Shown here: positions 1-9,968 of the stretch, one piece after another
How positions within the stretch are numbered: the first letter of the stretch is position 1
Layout of the letters: every line of letters begins with the position of its first letter
Translations under genes and position numbers: made by a program
Notes under the pieces: generated by a model
The model's database searches: none
Seen by the model: the letters and a program-made list of their open reading frames with translations, nothing else
What the model was told of the DNA's origin: nothing
DNA from: Candidatus Gottesmanbacteria bacterium
GTDB lineage: Bacteria > Patescibacteriota > Microgenomatia > UBA10105 > UBA927
Length of the DNA stretch: 64,000 nt
NCBI GenBank assembly: GCA_963809665.1
Contig: CAWEKC010000004.1
Span: 37,172 to 101,171, forward strand
Reading direction: 5' to 3'

Positions 1-494
1 TGGCAGGGGTATTCGCACCAACCGTGAATTCATATAAACGGTTAACACCGGGTTTTGAGGCTCCTGCATATATCAGCTGGGCCAGGATTAACCGGTCGGC
101 TCTTATACGAGTACCGAAAATGTCTAAAGGGACGGAAGCTGCCGGAACCAGACTGGAAATCCGGTGTCCCGATCCGTCTGCCAGTCCATATCTCACGTTT
201 GCCGTGCTACTGCGTGCAGGGCTGGACGGAATAAAGAAACATATGAGAGCGCCTGTACCGGTTGAAGAAAATGTGTTTGAGTTTGACGACGCGAAGCTTG
301 AAGCGCAGGGTGTCGGTAAACTGCCGGCAAGCTTGGGCGAAGCATTGGAGGAAATACAAAAAGGAAAAATTGTACGTGAGACGTTCGGCAGTTATACCTG
401 GGGAAGATATATGCAGGCCAAACGCGAAGAATGGAACGCGTTCCGGCGTCATGTCACGGACTGGGAAATCACGCGTTACTTTACTGATATCTAA
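1..494 (+). CDS. glnA: glutamine synthetase, C-terminal part (5' end lies outside the window)
   Basis: The ORF is open to the window start. Its C-terminal sequence (NSYKRLTPGFEAP...IRVP...RLEIRCPD) matches the GS type I catalytic-domain C-terminus. Confidence 0.8.
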   Translation, partial: AGVFAPTVNSYKRLTPGFEAPAYISWARINRSALIRVPKMSKGTEAAGTRLEIRCPDPSASPYLTFAVLLRAGLDGIKKHMRAPVPVEENVFEFDDAKLEAQGVGKLPASLGEALEEIQKGKIVRETFGSYTWGRYMQAKREEWNAFRRHVTDWEITRYFTDI

Positions 495-531
495 GGACAT
501 TCTCTGGTCTTTTCACAAAAAAACAGCTACA

Positions 532-861
532 ATGTCCTTGATTATGGCTCCGATACATTCAAAAAAGTTTTCGAAAGATACCGTCCACAAAATTGCCAAG
601 CTTGCCAATATTCCCGTCACAATCCGAGAGGAGGCAGCACTCGCAGAAGGATTCAATACGACGATAAAAGTTGTTGATACACTCTTTTCCGTTGAGGTAA
701 AAGGCGTGACACCGACAAGTCAGGTTACGGGACTGGAAAACATATTTCGGGAAGACGAAATAGACGGGGTCAGGCAGTTTACCCAGGACCAGGCTCTTGC
801 AAACGCACCGCGTAAACACAACGGATATTTTGTCGTTGACCAGATTCTTGAGGACGATTAA
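532..861 (+). CDS. gatC: Asp/Glu-tRNA amidotransferase subunit C
   Basis: A roughly 110-aa protein starting at the internal ATG of ORF 262..861. It is GatC-like in length and composition, sits immediately upstream of gatA, and abuts it with a 2-nt spacer. Confidence 0.75.
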   Translation: MSLIMAPIHSKKFSKDTVHKIAKLANIPVTIREEAALAEGFNTTIKVVDTLFSVEVKGVTPTSQVTGLENIFREDEIDGVRQFTQDQALANAPRKHNGYFVVDQILEDD

Positions 862-863
862 CC

Positions 864-2279
864 ATGAAACTCAATGTTTTAACTCTCAAAGAGGCAATTG
901 AAAAATTGCAGCATAAAGAGATCTCCGCGGTCGAGCTGTACCGCGATGTTGATGATGCTATAGCGGAAAAAAACGCTGAATTTAATATTTACCTGACACG
1001 GAACAATACAGCCGTGGCAGAAGCAGAGAAACAATCCGCAAAACCTCTGGCCGGAGTACCGGTAGCCGTGAAAGATAACTTTTTAACCCAAGGTATGAAA
1101 ACAACGGCCGGATCAAACGTATTAAAAAATTTTATACCGCCGTTTGATGCAACGGTCATTTTACGGTTGAAACAAGCCGGCGGCATCGTTGTGGGGAAAT
1201 CGAATATGGATGCGTGGGCGCATGGCAGCAGCACCGAAACATCCGATTTTGGCCCGACGAAAAATCCGAGGAACCCGCAGTACCTGCCGGGCGGATCCAG
1301 CGGCGGCAGTGCAGCGGCAGTAGCCGCAGACCTTTGTCTTGCAGCCATCGGCAGTGAAACCGCGGGGTCTATCCGACAGCCGGCATCGTGGTGCGGAGTC
1401 GTGGGCCTGAAGCCAACCTACGGCCGCGTAAGCCGTGCAGGTGTTGTTGCTATGGCTTCGTCAACAGATACGCCGGGAACAATCGGAAAGACCGTAGAAG
1501 ACTGTGCAGCACTTCTGAACATAATTGCCGGACAGGACAACTATGATGCCACAACATCGCCGGTTCCCGTGCCGGATTTTACCAAAGGAATAAAAAATGG
1601 GGTAAAAAAAATGAGGATCGGGTTGTGCTATACGGATCACGAAAAATTAAAGAGTTCAGAGGCTGCCAAAGCCGTTATTGCGGCTGGCAAAGAATTCCAG
1701 CGGCTTGGAGCATCAGTAGATATCGTACCGGTAAGTAAAAAACCGCTGAAGAGTCATATATTCGACCCTGAATTTGCCGTAGCCGCCTATACGGTAGCCC
1801 AGCGGAGCGAAGTGAGCAGTAACCTGGCGCGCTTCGATGGGATACGGTACGGCAACGACAGATCATTTTTCGGCGATGAAGCGAAACGCCGGATAATGCT
1901 GGGGACATTTACGCTGTCTAAGGGTTATGCAGACCGTTATTACATCACAGCGCAAAAAGTACGCAGTTTATATATCAGAAATTACCAGGAATTGTTTGAG
2001 CAGTACGATATTTTAATAGCCCCGTCCAGTCCGGGCTATGCGCAAAAACTGGGAGCAACAAAAAATAATCCAATGTACGGAGAGCTTGAGGATATATTAT
2101 TGGAGCCCAGCTCCATTTCCGGTTTGCCCGGTATAAGCGTGCCATGCCACCGTGATCCCGAAACGAATTTATATCTCGGTCTCAATATTATGGCTAATTA
2201 TTGGCAGGAAGAAAAAATGATTACCGCAGCATACGCATTTGAACAGGCAACAAAATGGAATCCCTGGATACATAAATAA
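864..2279 (+). CDS. gatA: Glu-tRNA(Gln)/Asp-tRNA(Asn) amidotransferase subunit A
   Basis: 471 aa with the amidase signature GGSSGGSAAAVAA and a Ser-cisSer-Lys type amidase core. Confidence 0.95.
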   Translation: MKLNVLTLKEAIEKLQHKEISAVELYRDVDDAIAEKNAEFNIYLTRNNTAVAEAEKQSAKPLAGVPVAVKDNFLTQGMKTTAGSNVLKNFIPPFDATVILRLKQAGGIVVGKSNMDAWAHGSSTETSDFGPTKNPRNPQYLPGGSSGGSAAAVAADLCLAAIGSETAGSIRQPASWCGVVGLKPTYGRVSRAGVVAMASSTDTPGTIGKTVEDCAALLNIIAGQDNYDATTSPVPVPDFTKGIKNGVKKMRIGLCYTDHEKLKSSEAAKAVIAAGKEFQRLGASVDIVPVSKKPLKSHIFDPEFAVAAYTVAQRSEVSSNLARFDGIRYGNDRSFFGDEAKRRIMLGTFTLSKGYADRYYITAQKVRSLYIRNYQELFEQYDILIAPSSPGYAQKLGATKNNPMYGELEDILLEPSSISGLPGISVPCHRDPETNLYLGLNIMANYWQEEKMITAAYAFEQATKWNPWIHK

Positions 2280-2288
2280 TATTTAATT

Positions 2289-3594
2289 ATGCAGTACGAG
2301 CCGGTCATCGGGATGGAAATACATGTTGAGCTGGGCACACAAACCAAGATGTTCTGCGGGTGCCCGGCCGACCATTTTGCCAAAAAGCCTAATTCACAAA
2401 CATGTCCGGTGTGCCTCGGGATGCCGGGAGGACTCCCTGTACCGAACAAAAAAGCGATCGAATGGACGATAAAGCTCGGACTCGCACTCGGATGCGGGAT
2501 TCCCGAAACCAGCAAGTTTGACCGGAAAAATTATTTTTACCCGGACTTACCGAAAGGGTATCAGATTTCCCAATATGACCAGCCGATGGCCGTAAACGGT
2601 GTTGTGGATACTCCGCAAGGCGCAATCCGCATTCACCGCGTCCACCTTGAAGAGGATACCGGCAAACTTCTTCATACGAACGTCAACGGTACGAAAGTGA
2701 CGCTCGTGGATTTTAACCGAAGCGGGGTACCGCTCGTTGAGATCGTAACTGAACCGGATATACGAAGCGGTGAACAGGCAAAAGCGTTTTTAAAAAAACT
2801 GTATCAGATCGTACGGTATCTGGGGATTTCCGATGCGGACATGGAAAAAGGTTCCATGCGCCTGGAGCCCAATATTTCCGTACGGATAGTCGGGTCAAAA
2901 GATTTGCCCGACTACAAAGTCGAGGTAAAAAACATTAACTCATTTAATTTCGTCAAAAAAGCAATAGAGTATGAAGTAAAAAGACATATAGAAATTTTAG
3001 AAGACGGAAAAATTCCCGTTCAGGAAACGCGCGGCTGGATGGAGGGGCAAAATAAAACGGTGTCGCAGCGGGTAAAAGAATCCGCTGATGACTACCGTTA
3101 TTTCCCGGAACCGGATATTCCCCCAATGCGCTGGACCAGTACGTACGTTACTGAGATTAAAGCCATGCTTCCTGAACTACCGGAGGCAAAATATAAGCGG
3201 TTCATGAAAGATTACTCGCTGAATGCATATGATACGGGAATACTCATAGATACCAGGGAAATGGCAGATTATTTTGACGAAAGTATGAAATTAGGCGCCG
3301 TACCGGCCAAAGAAAATTGCCAACTGGATTATTAATAAAAAAATAAATATCGGAGAAATATTGCCTGCTCAACTTGTCCGATCAATTATCAAAGCGTCAA
3401 CAATCTCATCAGTATCTGACGCAGAGTTAAAAAATATGATACAACAGGTTATCGAGGCAAATCCGAAAGCCGTAGGTGATTACAAAAAAGGTAAAGAGCA
3501 GGCCGTGATGTTTTTAGTCGGTATGGTCATGAAAGCGCTGAAAGGGAAAGGAAATCCACAGGATATCAGACGGAAAATCATTTCAATTATATGA
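2289..3594 (+). CDS. gatB: Asp/Glu-tRNA amidotransferase subunit B, interrupted by a +1 frameshift near nt 3312
   Basis: The N-terminal ORF 2289..3335 is the GatB catalytic domain (MQYEPVIGMEIHVEL...CPVCLG). Frame +1 from about nt 3310 reads ...PAK|KIANWIINKKINIGEILPAQLVRS..., which continues into ORF 3361..3594, the GatB/YqeY C-terminal domain. One extra nucleotide (g at 3312) separates the two frames. Confidence 0.85.
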
Positions 3595-4379
3595 CGGAAA
3601 TAAAAACGGAAATTCCTCAGATTTTAAAACAGTCAAAGGCAGTACTGCTTAAAGGCCCGAATAAAGGGAGAATCCGCAACCCCCTCGTCGCCCAAGAGGA
3701 GGCAATTACCATTCTTGAATCTGCCGGATATGTTTCACCCGACAACTATTATCTTAAGCGCAACGCTATAAAAGAACTGGACGCACGAAGCCACGATTAC
3801 ATTCTTACCTCACAGGCATCAAAAACCGAAGACACGAGAAAACTAGTCGAAATCGATGACTTAACAAAAGTATTAAACAAGAAAGGAATCAGCAGGAGAG
3901 TTGAGGAAGCCGTTGAACAACATAACCGTCTTGGTACCTCGTACGCAGTTTTAGTGATGGATGTTGATAAATTTAAAGATTTTAATGACACATACGGACA
4001 TCTGGAGGGTGATGAAGTTTTGATCGGGTTTGCACAATACATGGGAAAACATACACGCAAATACGAAGGATTCGGACGATACGGTGGGGATGAATTTGTT
4101 GATCTTCTTGAAAATCCGTCCCGTGATTCTGCAAATGAAATTATGAAGAGAGCAAAACAATTTTTTACAGAAAAAACTGCGGAAGATATACGATATAAAA
4201 ATCTCTGCGTGAGTTTAGGTGTAGCACACTTAGAACGAGGCGAAAAACTGGATGCCGAAACGTTATTGAATAGAGCGGATGCAGCCATGTATCAGGCAAA
4301 AAAAACACCCGGTACCTCTTTAGTTGAATGGAGGTATAACATGACAGAGACGGACAAAAACCGTACATCTCCAAAATAA
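3591..4379 (+). CDS. GGDEF-domain diguanylate cyclase
   Basis: The C-terminal half carries a GGDEF fold with an intact RYGGDEF active-site motif and a DVDKFKDFNDTYGH segment. No recognisable sensor domain in the N-terminus. Confidence 0.85.
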   Translation: MTEIKTEIPQILKQSKAVLLKGPNKGRIRNPLVAQEEAITILESAGYVSPDNYYLKRNAIKELDARSHDYILTSQASKTEDTRKLVEIDDLTKVLNKKGISRRVEEAVEQHNRLGTSYAVLVMDVDKFKDFNDTYGHLEGDEVLIGFAQYMGKHTRKYEGFGRYGGDEFVDLLENPSRDSANEIMKRAKQFFTEKTAEDIRYKNLCVSLGVAHLERGEKLDAETLLNRADAAMYQAKKTPGTSLVEWRYNMTETDKNRTSPK

Positions 4380-4382
4380 TGT

Positions 4383-7300
4383 ATGTCTGATTTTGTTCAT
4401 CTTCACACGCATAGTGAGTTTTCGCTTCTGGATGGTCTGGGAAAACTGGATCATCTTATCGAGCGGGCCAAATCGTTCGGTATGGACGCGTTGGGCCTGA
4501 CCGATCACGGAGCGATGTACGGATCATTTAAATTTTATCTCAAGGCGAAAGCCGCAGGCATCAAACCCATTATCGGCGTTGAAACCTATGTAGCGAAACG
4601 GAGCCGTTTTAATAAAGAGGGAAAAATCGATTCTGAGCCATACCACCTTATTCTTCTGGCAAAAAACGAGACTGGCTACAGAAATCTCATGAAGCTGGTA
4701 ACACATGCGCATCTCGAGGGATATTATTACAAACCCCGTATTGACTGGGAATTGCTCAACGAACATCATGAAGGTCTCATTTGCACCAGCGGATGTCTGC
4801 GGGGACAAGTCGCACAGCTTCTCAATGAGGGGAAAGTCAAGGAAGCGGAACAAGTCGCAACGCAGTACGCTAAACTGTTCGGACCGGATCATTATTATAT
4901 TGAACTTCAAAAGCATCCGCACATTCCGCTTATCGACGATGTTAACGGGAAGCTCGTAACGTTATCGCGGAATCTTGGGTTGCCACTCGTTGCTACCAAT
5001 GATATTCATTATGTCGATCCCGGTGACGCGGAGGCGCAGGAAATATTACTGTGCGTGCAGACACAGCATACAATTTTGGAAAAAAACCGGCCTCTTTCCA
5101 TGATAGAATCACCGGATTTTTATATGCGCAGCCCCGATGAAATGAAAGGTCTGTTTATCCAGTACCCGGAAGCGATTACCAATACGGTGAAAATTGCAGA
5201 AATGTGCGATGTGACGCTATCCGTTGGAAAGTGGATATTGCCCCATTATCCGCTGGAAAACGGAGAATCCCCGGCCCAGCATTTAGAAAAAATGGTCGCG
5301 GACCGGACAAAAATAAAATTCCCGACGCTGACAGGGGTAATCAAGGACCGTATCAGCTATGAATTAGGGATCATTAACGCCAAGGGATATTCTACATATT
5401 TCCTTATTGTTCAGGATTTTGTCAACTGGGCAAAAAACAACGGCATTGCTGTCGGCCCGGGCCGCGGGTCAGCCGCGGGATCGGTCATTTCGTACATTTT
5501 GAATATCACGGGTCTTAATCCGCTATATTTTAATCTTCCGTTTGAACGTTTCCTGAATCCCTCCCGTCCGAGCCCGCCCGATATTGACCTTGATTTCGAA
5601 GATGACCGGAGAGACGAGGTAATCGCCTACGTAACCGCGCGGTACGGCACCGATAAAGTTGCCCAGATTATTACGTTCGGCACTATGGAAGCGCGGGGGG
5701 CAATCAGGGATGCCGGACGCGCCCTTGGCATGCCGTATGCCGGGCCGGATAGGATAAGCAAAATGATTCCCGCAGGTTTCCAGGGCGGGCCAATGACGAT
5801 AGATAAAGCCCTTGAACAATCCGCCGAGCTTGCCCTCGCGTATAAAACAGAACCCGAAACGAAACGCCTATTAGATGTTGCAAGGAAACTTGAGGGTGTT
5901 GCCCGTCACGCATCGGTGCATGCCGCGGGTGTCGTCATTGCAGATAAGCCGTTGGTGGAATATACACCGCTCCAGCGCGAATCCAAGGGAGAACGGGTTA
6001 TTACCCAATACGACATGTATACCGTCGGGGAAGACGGCGTGGGACTTCTTAAAATGGACTTTCTTGGTCTCCGGAACCTTACGATTATGTCGCAGGCTCT
6101 CAAGTTTATTAAAGATGTCCGGGGAGAAGTCATTAATCTGGAAAAAATTCCTCTCGATAACAAAAAGGCCTATCAGATGCTCGCAAGCGGGGAAACGACG
6201 GGGGTATTCCAACTGGAGTCGGCCGGTATGCGCAGGTATATTAAAGAACTCAGACCGACGAACATTTTTGATGTCATGGCTATGGTTGCCCTCTTTCGGC
6301 CCGGTCCAATGCAAACAATACCCGAGTTTATCAAGAGAAAACACAATCCTTCAGCTATCACGTATCCCGATCCGAGACTGAAGGATGTATTGAAACAGTC
6401 GTACGGTATTATCGCGTACCAGGACGACGTCCTCTTAACAGCCATCACGCTTGCCGGATATTCCTGGGGGGATGCGGACAAGCTGCGGAAAGCTGTCGGG
6501 AAGAAAATTCCGACGGAAATGAAAAAACAGAAGGAAAAATTTATTGAAGGATGCGTAAAGAACGGCATGACACGCCCGAAAGCAGAAGACATATTTAACC
6601 TTATCGAGCCGTTCGCGGGGTACGGATTCAATAAAGCACATGCAGCATGCTACGCAACCATTGCCTACGAGACCGCTTATTTGAAAGCAAATTATCCTGT
6701 TGAGTTTATGACGGCAGTATTAACAGCCGAATCCAGGGCAAATACCGGACCGGCGCGGGATGAACGTATCGCAAGCATGGTGGCCGAATGCAGACGGACA
6801 GGATTGACGCTCCTCCCGCCTGATATCAACACGTCGGATGTAGAATTTACGATCGAAGACGGTAAGATACGTTTCGGATTGTCTGCCGTTAAAAATGTAG
6901 GTACCGCTGCGATAGAATGCATTCTCTCGGCCCGCAAGGCCTCACGGTTTGTGAGCCTGTCTGATGTCGTGTCCCGCGTTGACACGTCTAAAGTTAACAA
7001 GAAAACGTTTGAAAGCCTTATTAAAACCGGCGCAATGGACGCCTTCGGGTCACGGTCTTCCATGCTGTCCGGGTTCACCCAACTTCTGGAACAGTCCCAT
7101 AAACATAAAAGGACTGTCGCGTCCGGACAGGTTGGCTTATTTGCGGATGATGATGCGGCTCAGGTTTTTTCTGACGCTCTGAGAGATATTCCTGAACTAT
7201 CCCAATCGGAGCTGCTCGGATTTGAAAAGGAATTGCTCGGTTTTTATCTTACTACACATCCTCTGGAGCCGCACCGGAAAGTATTGGCGGCAAAATCATT

Positions 7301-7586
7301 CATACCGCTTACCCAACTTTCGTCCGAACGGATCGGAGAACGGGTACTTGTAGCGGGGATTATTGTCAGCGTTAAAAAGATCGTAACCCGTGCCGGAAAC
7401 CATGAAATGGCTTTTGCGAAGCTCGAAGACCTGACCGGAACGATCGAGGTTGTTGTATTCCCAAAAATTTATGCGTTGACGTCTGATTTATGGAAACCGG
7501 ACCGTGTGGTTGAACTTACGGGGAAACTTGATCAAAAAGAGGATCGCCTGACAATTTTAGCTGATGACGTAAAATCGCTTGTCTAG
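4383..7586 (+). CDS. dnaE: DNA polymerase III alpha subunit
   Basis: 1067 aa. The N-terminal PHP domain (HLHTHSEFSLLDG), the polymerase core and a C-terminal OB-fold region are all present. Confidence 0.95.
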   Translation: MSDFVHLHTHSEFSLLDGLGKLDHLIERAKSFGMDALGLTDHGAMYGSFKFYLKAKAAGIKPIIGVETYVAKRSRFNKEGKIDSEPYHLILLAKNETGYRNLMKLVTHAHLEGYYYKPRIDWELLNEHHEGLICTSGCLRGQVAQLLNEGKVKEAEQVATQYAKLFGPDHYYIELQKHPHIPLIDDVNGKLVTLSRNLGLPLVATNDIHYVDPGDAEAQEILLCVQTQHTILEKNRPLSMIESPDFYMRSPDEMKGLFIQYPEAITNTVKIAEMCDVTLSVGKWILPHYPLENGESPAQHLEKMVADRTKIKFPTLTGVIKDRISYELGIINAKGYSTYFLIVQDFVNWAKNNGIAVGPGRGSAAGSVISYILNITGLNPLYFNLPFERFLNPSRPSPPDIDLDFEDDRRDEVIAYVTARYGTDKVAQIITFGTMEARGAIRDAGRALGMPYAGPDRISKMIPAGFQGGPMTIDKALEQSAELALAYKTEPETKRLLDVARKLEGVARHASVHAAGVVIADKPLVEYTPLQRESKGERVITQYDMYTVGEDGVGLLKMDFLGLRNLTIMSQALKFIKDVRGEVINLEKIPLDNKKAYQMLASGETTGVFQLESAGMRRYIKELRPTNIFDVMAMVALFRPGPMQTIPEFIKRKHNPSAITYPDPRLKDVLKQSYGIIAYQDDVLLTAITLAGYSWGDADKLRKAVGKKIPTEMKKQKEKFIEGCVKNGMTRPKAEDIFNLIEPFAGYGFNKAHAACYATIAYETAYLKANYPVEFMTAVLTAESRANTGPARDERIASMVAECRRTGLTLLPPDINTSDVEFTIEDGKIRFGLSAVKNVGTAAIECILSARKASRFVSLSDVVSRVDTSKVNKKTFESLIKTGAMDAFGSRSSMLSGFTQLLEQSHKHKRTVASGQVGLFADDDAAQVFSDALRDIPELSQSELLGFEKELLGFYLTTHPLEPHRKVLAAKSFIPLTQLSSERIGERVLVAGIIVSVKKIVTRAGNHEMAFAKLEDLTGTIEVVVFPKIYALTSDLWKPDRVVELTGKLDQKEDRLTILADDVKSLV

Positions 7587-7639
7587 GGGAGTGTTAGTAA
7601 TCTTTTATTATACCGTACGGTCGCGTAAAAAGAAAGATG

Positions 7640-7669
7640 TTGACATTATACCCGCGTATTCCCTAAAAT
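7640..7669 (+). promoter_or_regulatory. sigma70-like promoter for the atp operon
   Basis: TTGACA (7640-7645), an 18-nt spacer, then TAAAAT (7664-7669), about 40 nt upstream of the first atp gene. Confidence 0.5.
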
Positions 7670-7709
7670 TTGGGTACCCTTGTGATAGAATAAGGACGAG
7701 GGGTTTCGT

Positions 7710-8003
7710 GTGGTCGAACAATACGATATTACGCTGAAAGAAGGGTTTAAGGGAGCAAAAAACCGCCCGAAACGCCGGAGTAAAGAATCGGATGATGCGT
7801 GGTACTACCTGGGATTGGCCGGACAAATAGGATATGTCATCGCAATTCCGGTTGCAGGAGGCGCAATTCTTGGTTCGCTTATTGATCAAAAATTCGGACT
7901 CTATCCTAAGGGGACGATGATAGGACTTATGAGCGGACTAGTCCTGTCGATAACAGCATTTGTTCGCGTGATACAACGGGTTTTGCAAAAACAGAAGAAG
8001 TAA
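7710..8003 (+). CDS. atpI: small membrane protein, ATP synthase protein I (AtpI/AtpZ)-like
   Basis: 97 aa with two predicted TM helices, a GTG start, and the conserved position directly upstream of atpB. Confidence 0.5.
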   Translation: MVEQYDITLKEGFKGAKNRPKRRSKESDDAWYYLGLAGQIGYVIAIPVAGGAILGSLIDQKFGLYPKGTMIGLMSGLVLSITAFVRVIQRVLQKQKK

Positions 8004-8007
8004 TACT

Positions 8008-8847
8008 ATGCCGCAAATATCTTTAGCAGCGGAAAAAATCGGTTCCGTTTTCGGATTGCCTATTACCAATTCGTTATTATCGACGTGGATTGTTATGGCA
8101 ATTTTACTGGTATTCTCTCTTGCAGCCACCCGTAATATGACGCTGGTGCCGCATGGCATTCAGTCGATCGCTGAAATGATAGTCGGCGGTTTCTATGATT
8201 TCTTTACGTCGGTAGCCGGTAAGCATATCAAACAGTTTTTCCCGCTGATCGCATCGTTTTTCCTTTTTATTGTCACTGCAAACTGGTTCGGACTATTACC
8301 CGGTGTCGGAACGATAGGGTTTTTTGAAACGGAAAAAGTGCATGAGCAGACGGAAACGGCAGTAACCGGTACGGTGACCACGTCTCCGGAACAACTTACG
8401 CCCGAACAGCCCGTTCCCAATAGCGCTCCGAAATTCGTACCGCTCCTGCGGGGCCCGAATGCGGACTTAAACATGACACTTGCTCTTGCTATCATATCTA
8501 TTGTCGCAATCCAATATTTCGGATTTAAAACGCTCGGGTTCCATTACAGTACACGATATATAAATTTCAAAGGTCCCATTGATTTCTTCCTGGGGTTCCT
8601 GGAAATCATTTCTCAACTAGCAGACATCGTGTCGTTTGCGTTCCGGTTGTTCGGCAATATTTTTGCCGGCGAAGTGCTTTTGACGGTTATGGCGTTTCTT
8701 ATACCGTTTATCGTACCCCTGCCGTTTATGGCTCTCGAGTTGTTCGTCGGGTTTATCCAGGCGTTGGTATTTTCGATGTTGACGGCTGCATTTTTAAATG
8801 TCGCGGTTTCGCATGGAGCGGAAGAACACGCCAAGCACGCGGCCTGA
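8008..8847 (+). CDS. atpB: F0F1 ATP synthase subunit a
   Basis: A polytopic membrane protein with a subunit-a C-terminus that includes the conserved Arg-containing helix (FRLFGNIFAGE). A Thr/Pro-rich loop of about 40 aa is inserted. Confidence 0.9.
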   Translation: MPQISLAAEKIGSVFGLPITNSLLSTWIVMAILLVFSLAATRNMTLVPHGIQSIAEMIVGGFYDFFTSVAGKHIKQFFPLIASFFLFIVTANWFGLLPGVGTIGFFETEKVHEQTETAVTGTVTTSPEQLTPEQPVPNSAPKFVPLLRGPNADLNMTLALAIISIVAIQYFGFKTLGFHYSTRYINFKGPIDFFLGFLEIISQLADIVSFAFRLFGNIFAGEVLLTVMAFLIPFIVPLPFMALELFVGFIQALVFSMLTAAFLNVAVSHGAEEHAKHAA

Positions 8848-8866
8848 GTAAAGGAGGTGAGTAGTT

Positions 8867-9094
8867 ATGGATCAAAATACAGTTAAACTTATTATGACGG
8901 GTATTACGGTTTCAGTCGGCGGTTTTATGCCGGCACTTGCAATCGGAATGCTCGCCGCTAAAGCGATGGAAGCCATCGGCCGAAATCCTGAAGCCGCAGA
9001 TGGTATACGCACCACGATGATTTTGGGGTTGGCATTTGCTGAAGCTATCGCTATTTATTCGCTGGTAGCAGGGCTGATTATCAAATTCGTGTAA
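8867..9094 (+). CDS. atpE: F0F1 ATP synthase subunit c
   Basis: A 75-aa two-helix proteolipid with the conserved carboxylate helix (LGLAFAEAIAIYSLV). Confidence 0.9.
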   Translation: MDQNTVKLIMTGITVSVGGFMPALAIGMLAAKAMEAIGRNPEAADGIRTTMILGLAFAEAIAIYSLVAGLIIKFV

Positions 9095-9121
9095 AGGGGC
9101 GACCCATGAAAGGATACCGTT

Positions 9122-9619
9122 ATGGAGCAGTTAGGAATTGAGCCGAATTTGCTTTTGGCTCAAATAGTCAATTTTTTAATCATATTTTTCGTGCTCTCGA
9201 AGCTTCTCTATAAGCCGATCCTTGGCATGCTGGAAAAGAGGAAAAAAGAAATTACAGCCGGCCTTGAACTGACGGAAAAGATGCGGCTGGAGGAAGAAAA
9301 GTTAAACGTACGTAAAGAAAAATTATTGGATGAGGCGCGTAAAGAAGCGAGAAATATAGTGGAAGCCGGAAAAAAGGAGGCAGATGCGCAGGCGAAAGAG
9401 ATAGTGGAATCTGCACACAAGGCCTCTCAGGACATCATAGAAAAGGGGAAAGAAGATGTCGTTGAGCTTCGCGCAGGTATGCAGAAGGATGTGCGGAGGG
9501 CCGCAGTGGATATAGCCCAGGCTATGACTAAACAGTTATTGTCACAGGTGCTAACGCCAGCCGATCAGCATAAGTTGATTCAAAAACACCTGAAAGAATT
9601 GGAAAAGGTTAACGCATGA
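9122..9619 (+). CDS. atpF: F0F1 ATP synthase subunit b
   Basis: An N-terminal TM helix followed by a long charged coiled coil; operon position matches atpF. Confidence 0.85.
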   Translation: MEQLGIEPNLLLAQIVNFLIIFFVLSKLLYKPILGMLEKRKKEITAGLELTEKMRLEEEKLNVRKEKLLDEARKEARNIVEAGKKEADAQAKEIVESAHKASQDIIEKGKEDVVELRAGMQKDVRRAAVDIAQAMTKQLLSQVLTPADQHKLIQKHLKELEKVNA

Positions 9620-9966
9620 AGACGCTTTCAAAAGATGCACGCGGTTTTATAGACGAAGTCGCGAGCTTCGTGAGAAGCGATGCGCGCGCAAAAAATGTCG
9701 CGCCGCGTGTTACGTCGCTTCTGACGAAGGTAACAGCCGCAGCGCGGCGCGAAAACAACGCACAGGTGAAAAGCGCAGTTGGGCTGCTTGGGCCGGAAAA
9801 GGAACGTATTGAAACTGTTCTTGGTAAGCTGTTGGGGCACTCTGTCACATGTGCGTATGGAATAGATACATCTCTTATCGGAGGCATTCAGATTCAGGTA
9901 GCAGACTGGATCGTTGATTCCAGTCTCACAAGTCAAATAGCCGACATTGCGCGGTCAGTTACATAA
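9616..9966 (+). CDS. atpH: F0F1 ATP synthase subunit delta (OSCP), unusually short
   Basis: 116 aa. The C-terminal OSCP-like segment ([21 protein letters not shown]) is present but the N-terminal helical domain is shortened. Overlaps atpF by 4 nt. Confidence 0.7.
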   Translation: MKTLSKDARGFIDEVASFVRSDARAKNVAPRVTSLLTKVTAAARRENNAQVKSAVGLLGPEKERIETVLGKLLGHSVTCAYGIDTSLIGGIQIQVADWIVDSSLTSQIADIARSVT

Positions 9967-9968
9967 AT

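Noticed and set aside
262-861. The 199-aa ORF, as given in the six-frame track, overlaps the glnA 3' end.
   Set aside because: Only the last ~110 codons (from the ATG at 532) are GatC-like. The N-terminal 90 codons lie in an alternative frame of glnA and have no protein-like features. This is treated as an ORF-finder extension.
3300-3340. Programmed +1 ribosomal frameshifting in gatB.
   Set aside because: There is no prfB-like stimulatory context (no SD-like element plus slippery CUU U-type site). A single extra base in an A-rich run is more simply an indel, whether error or mutation.
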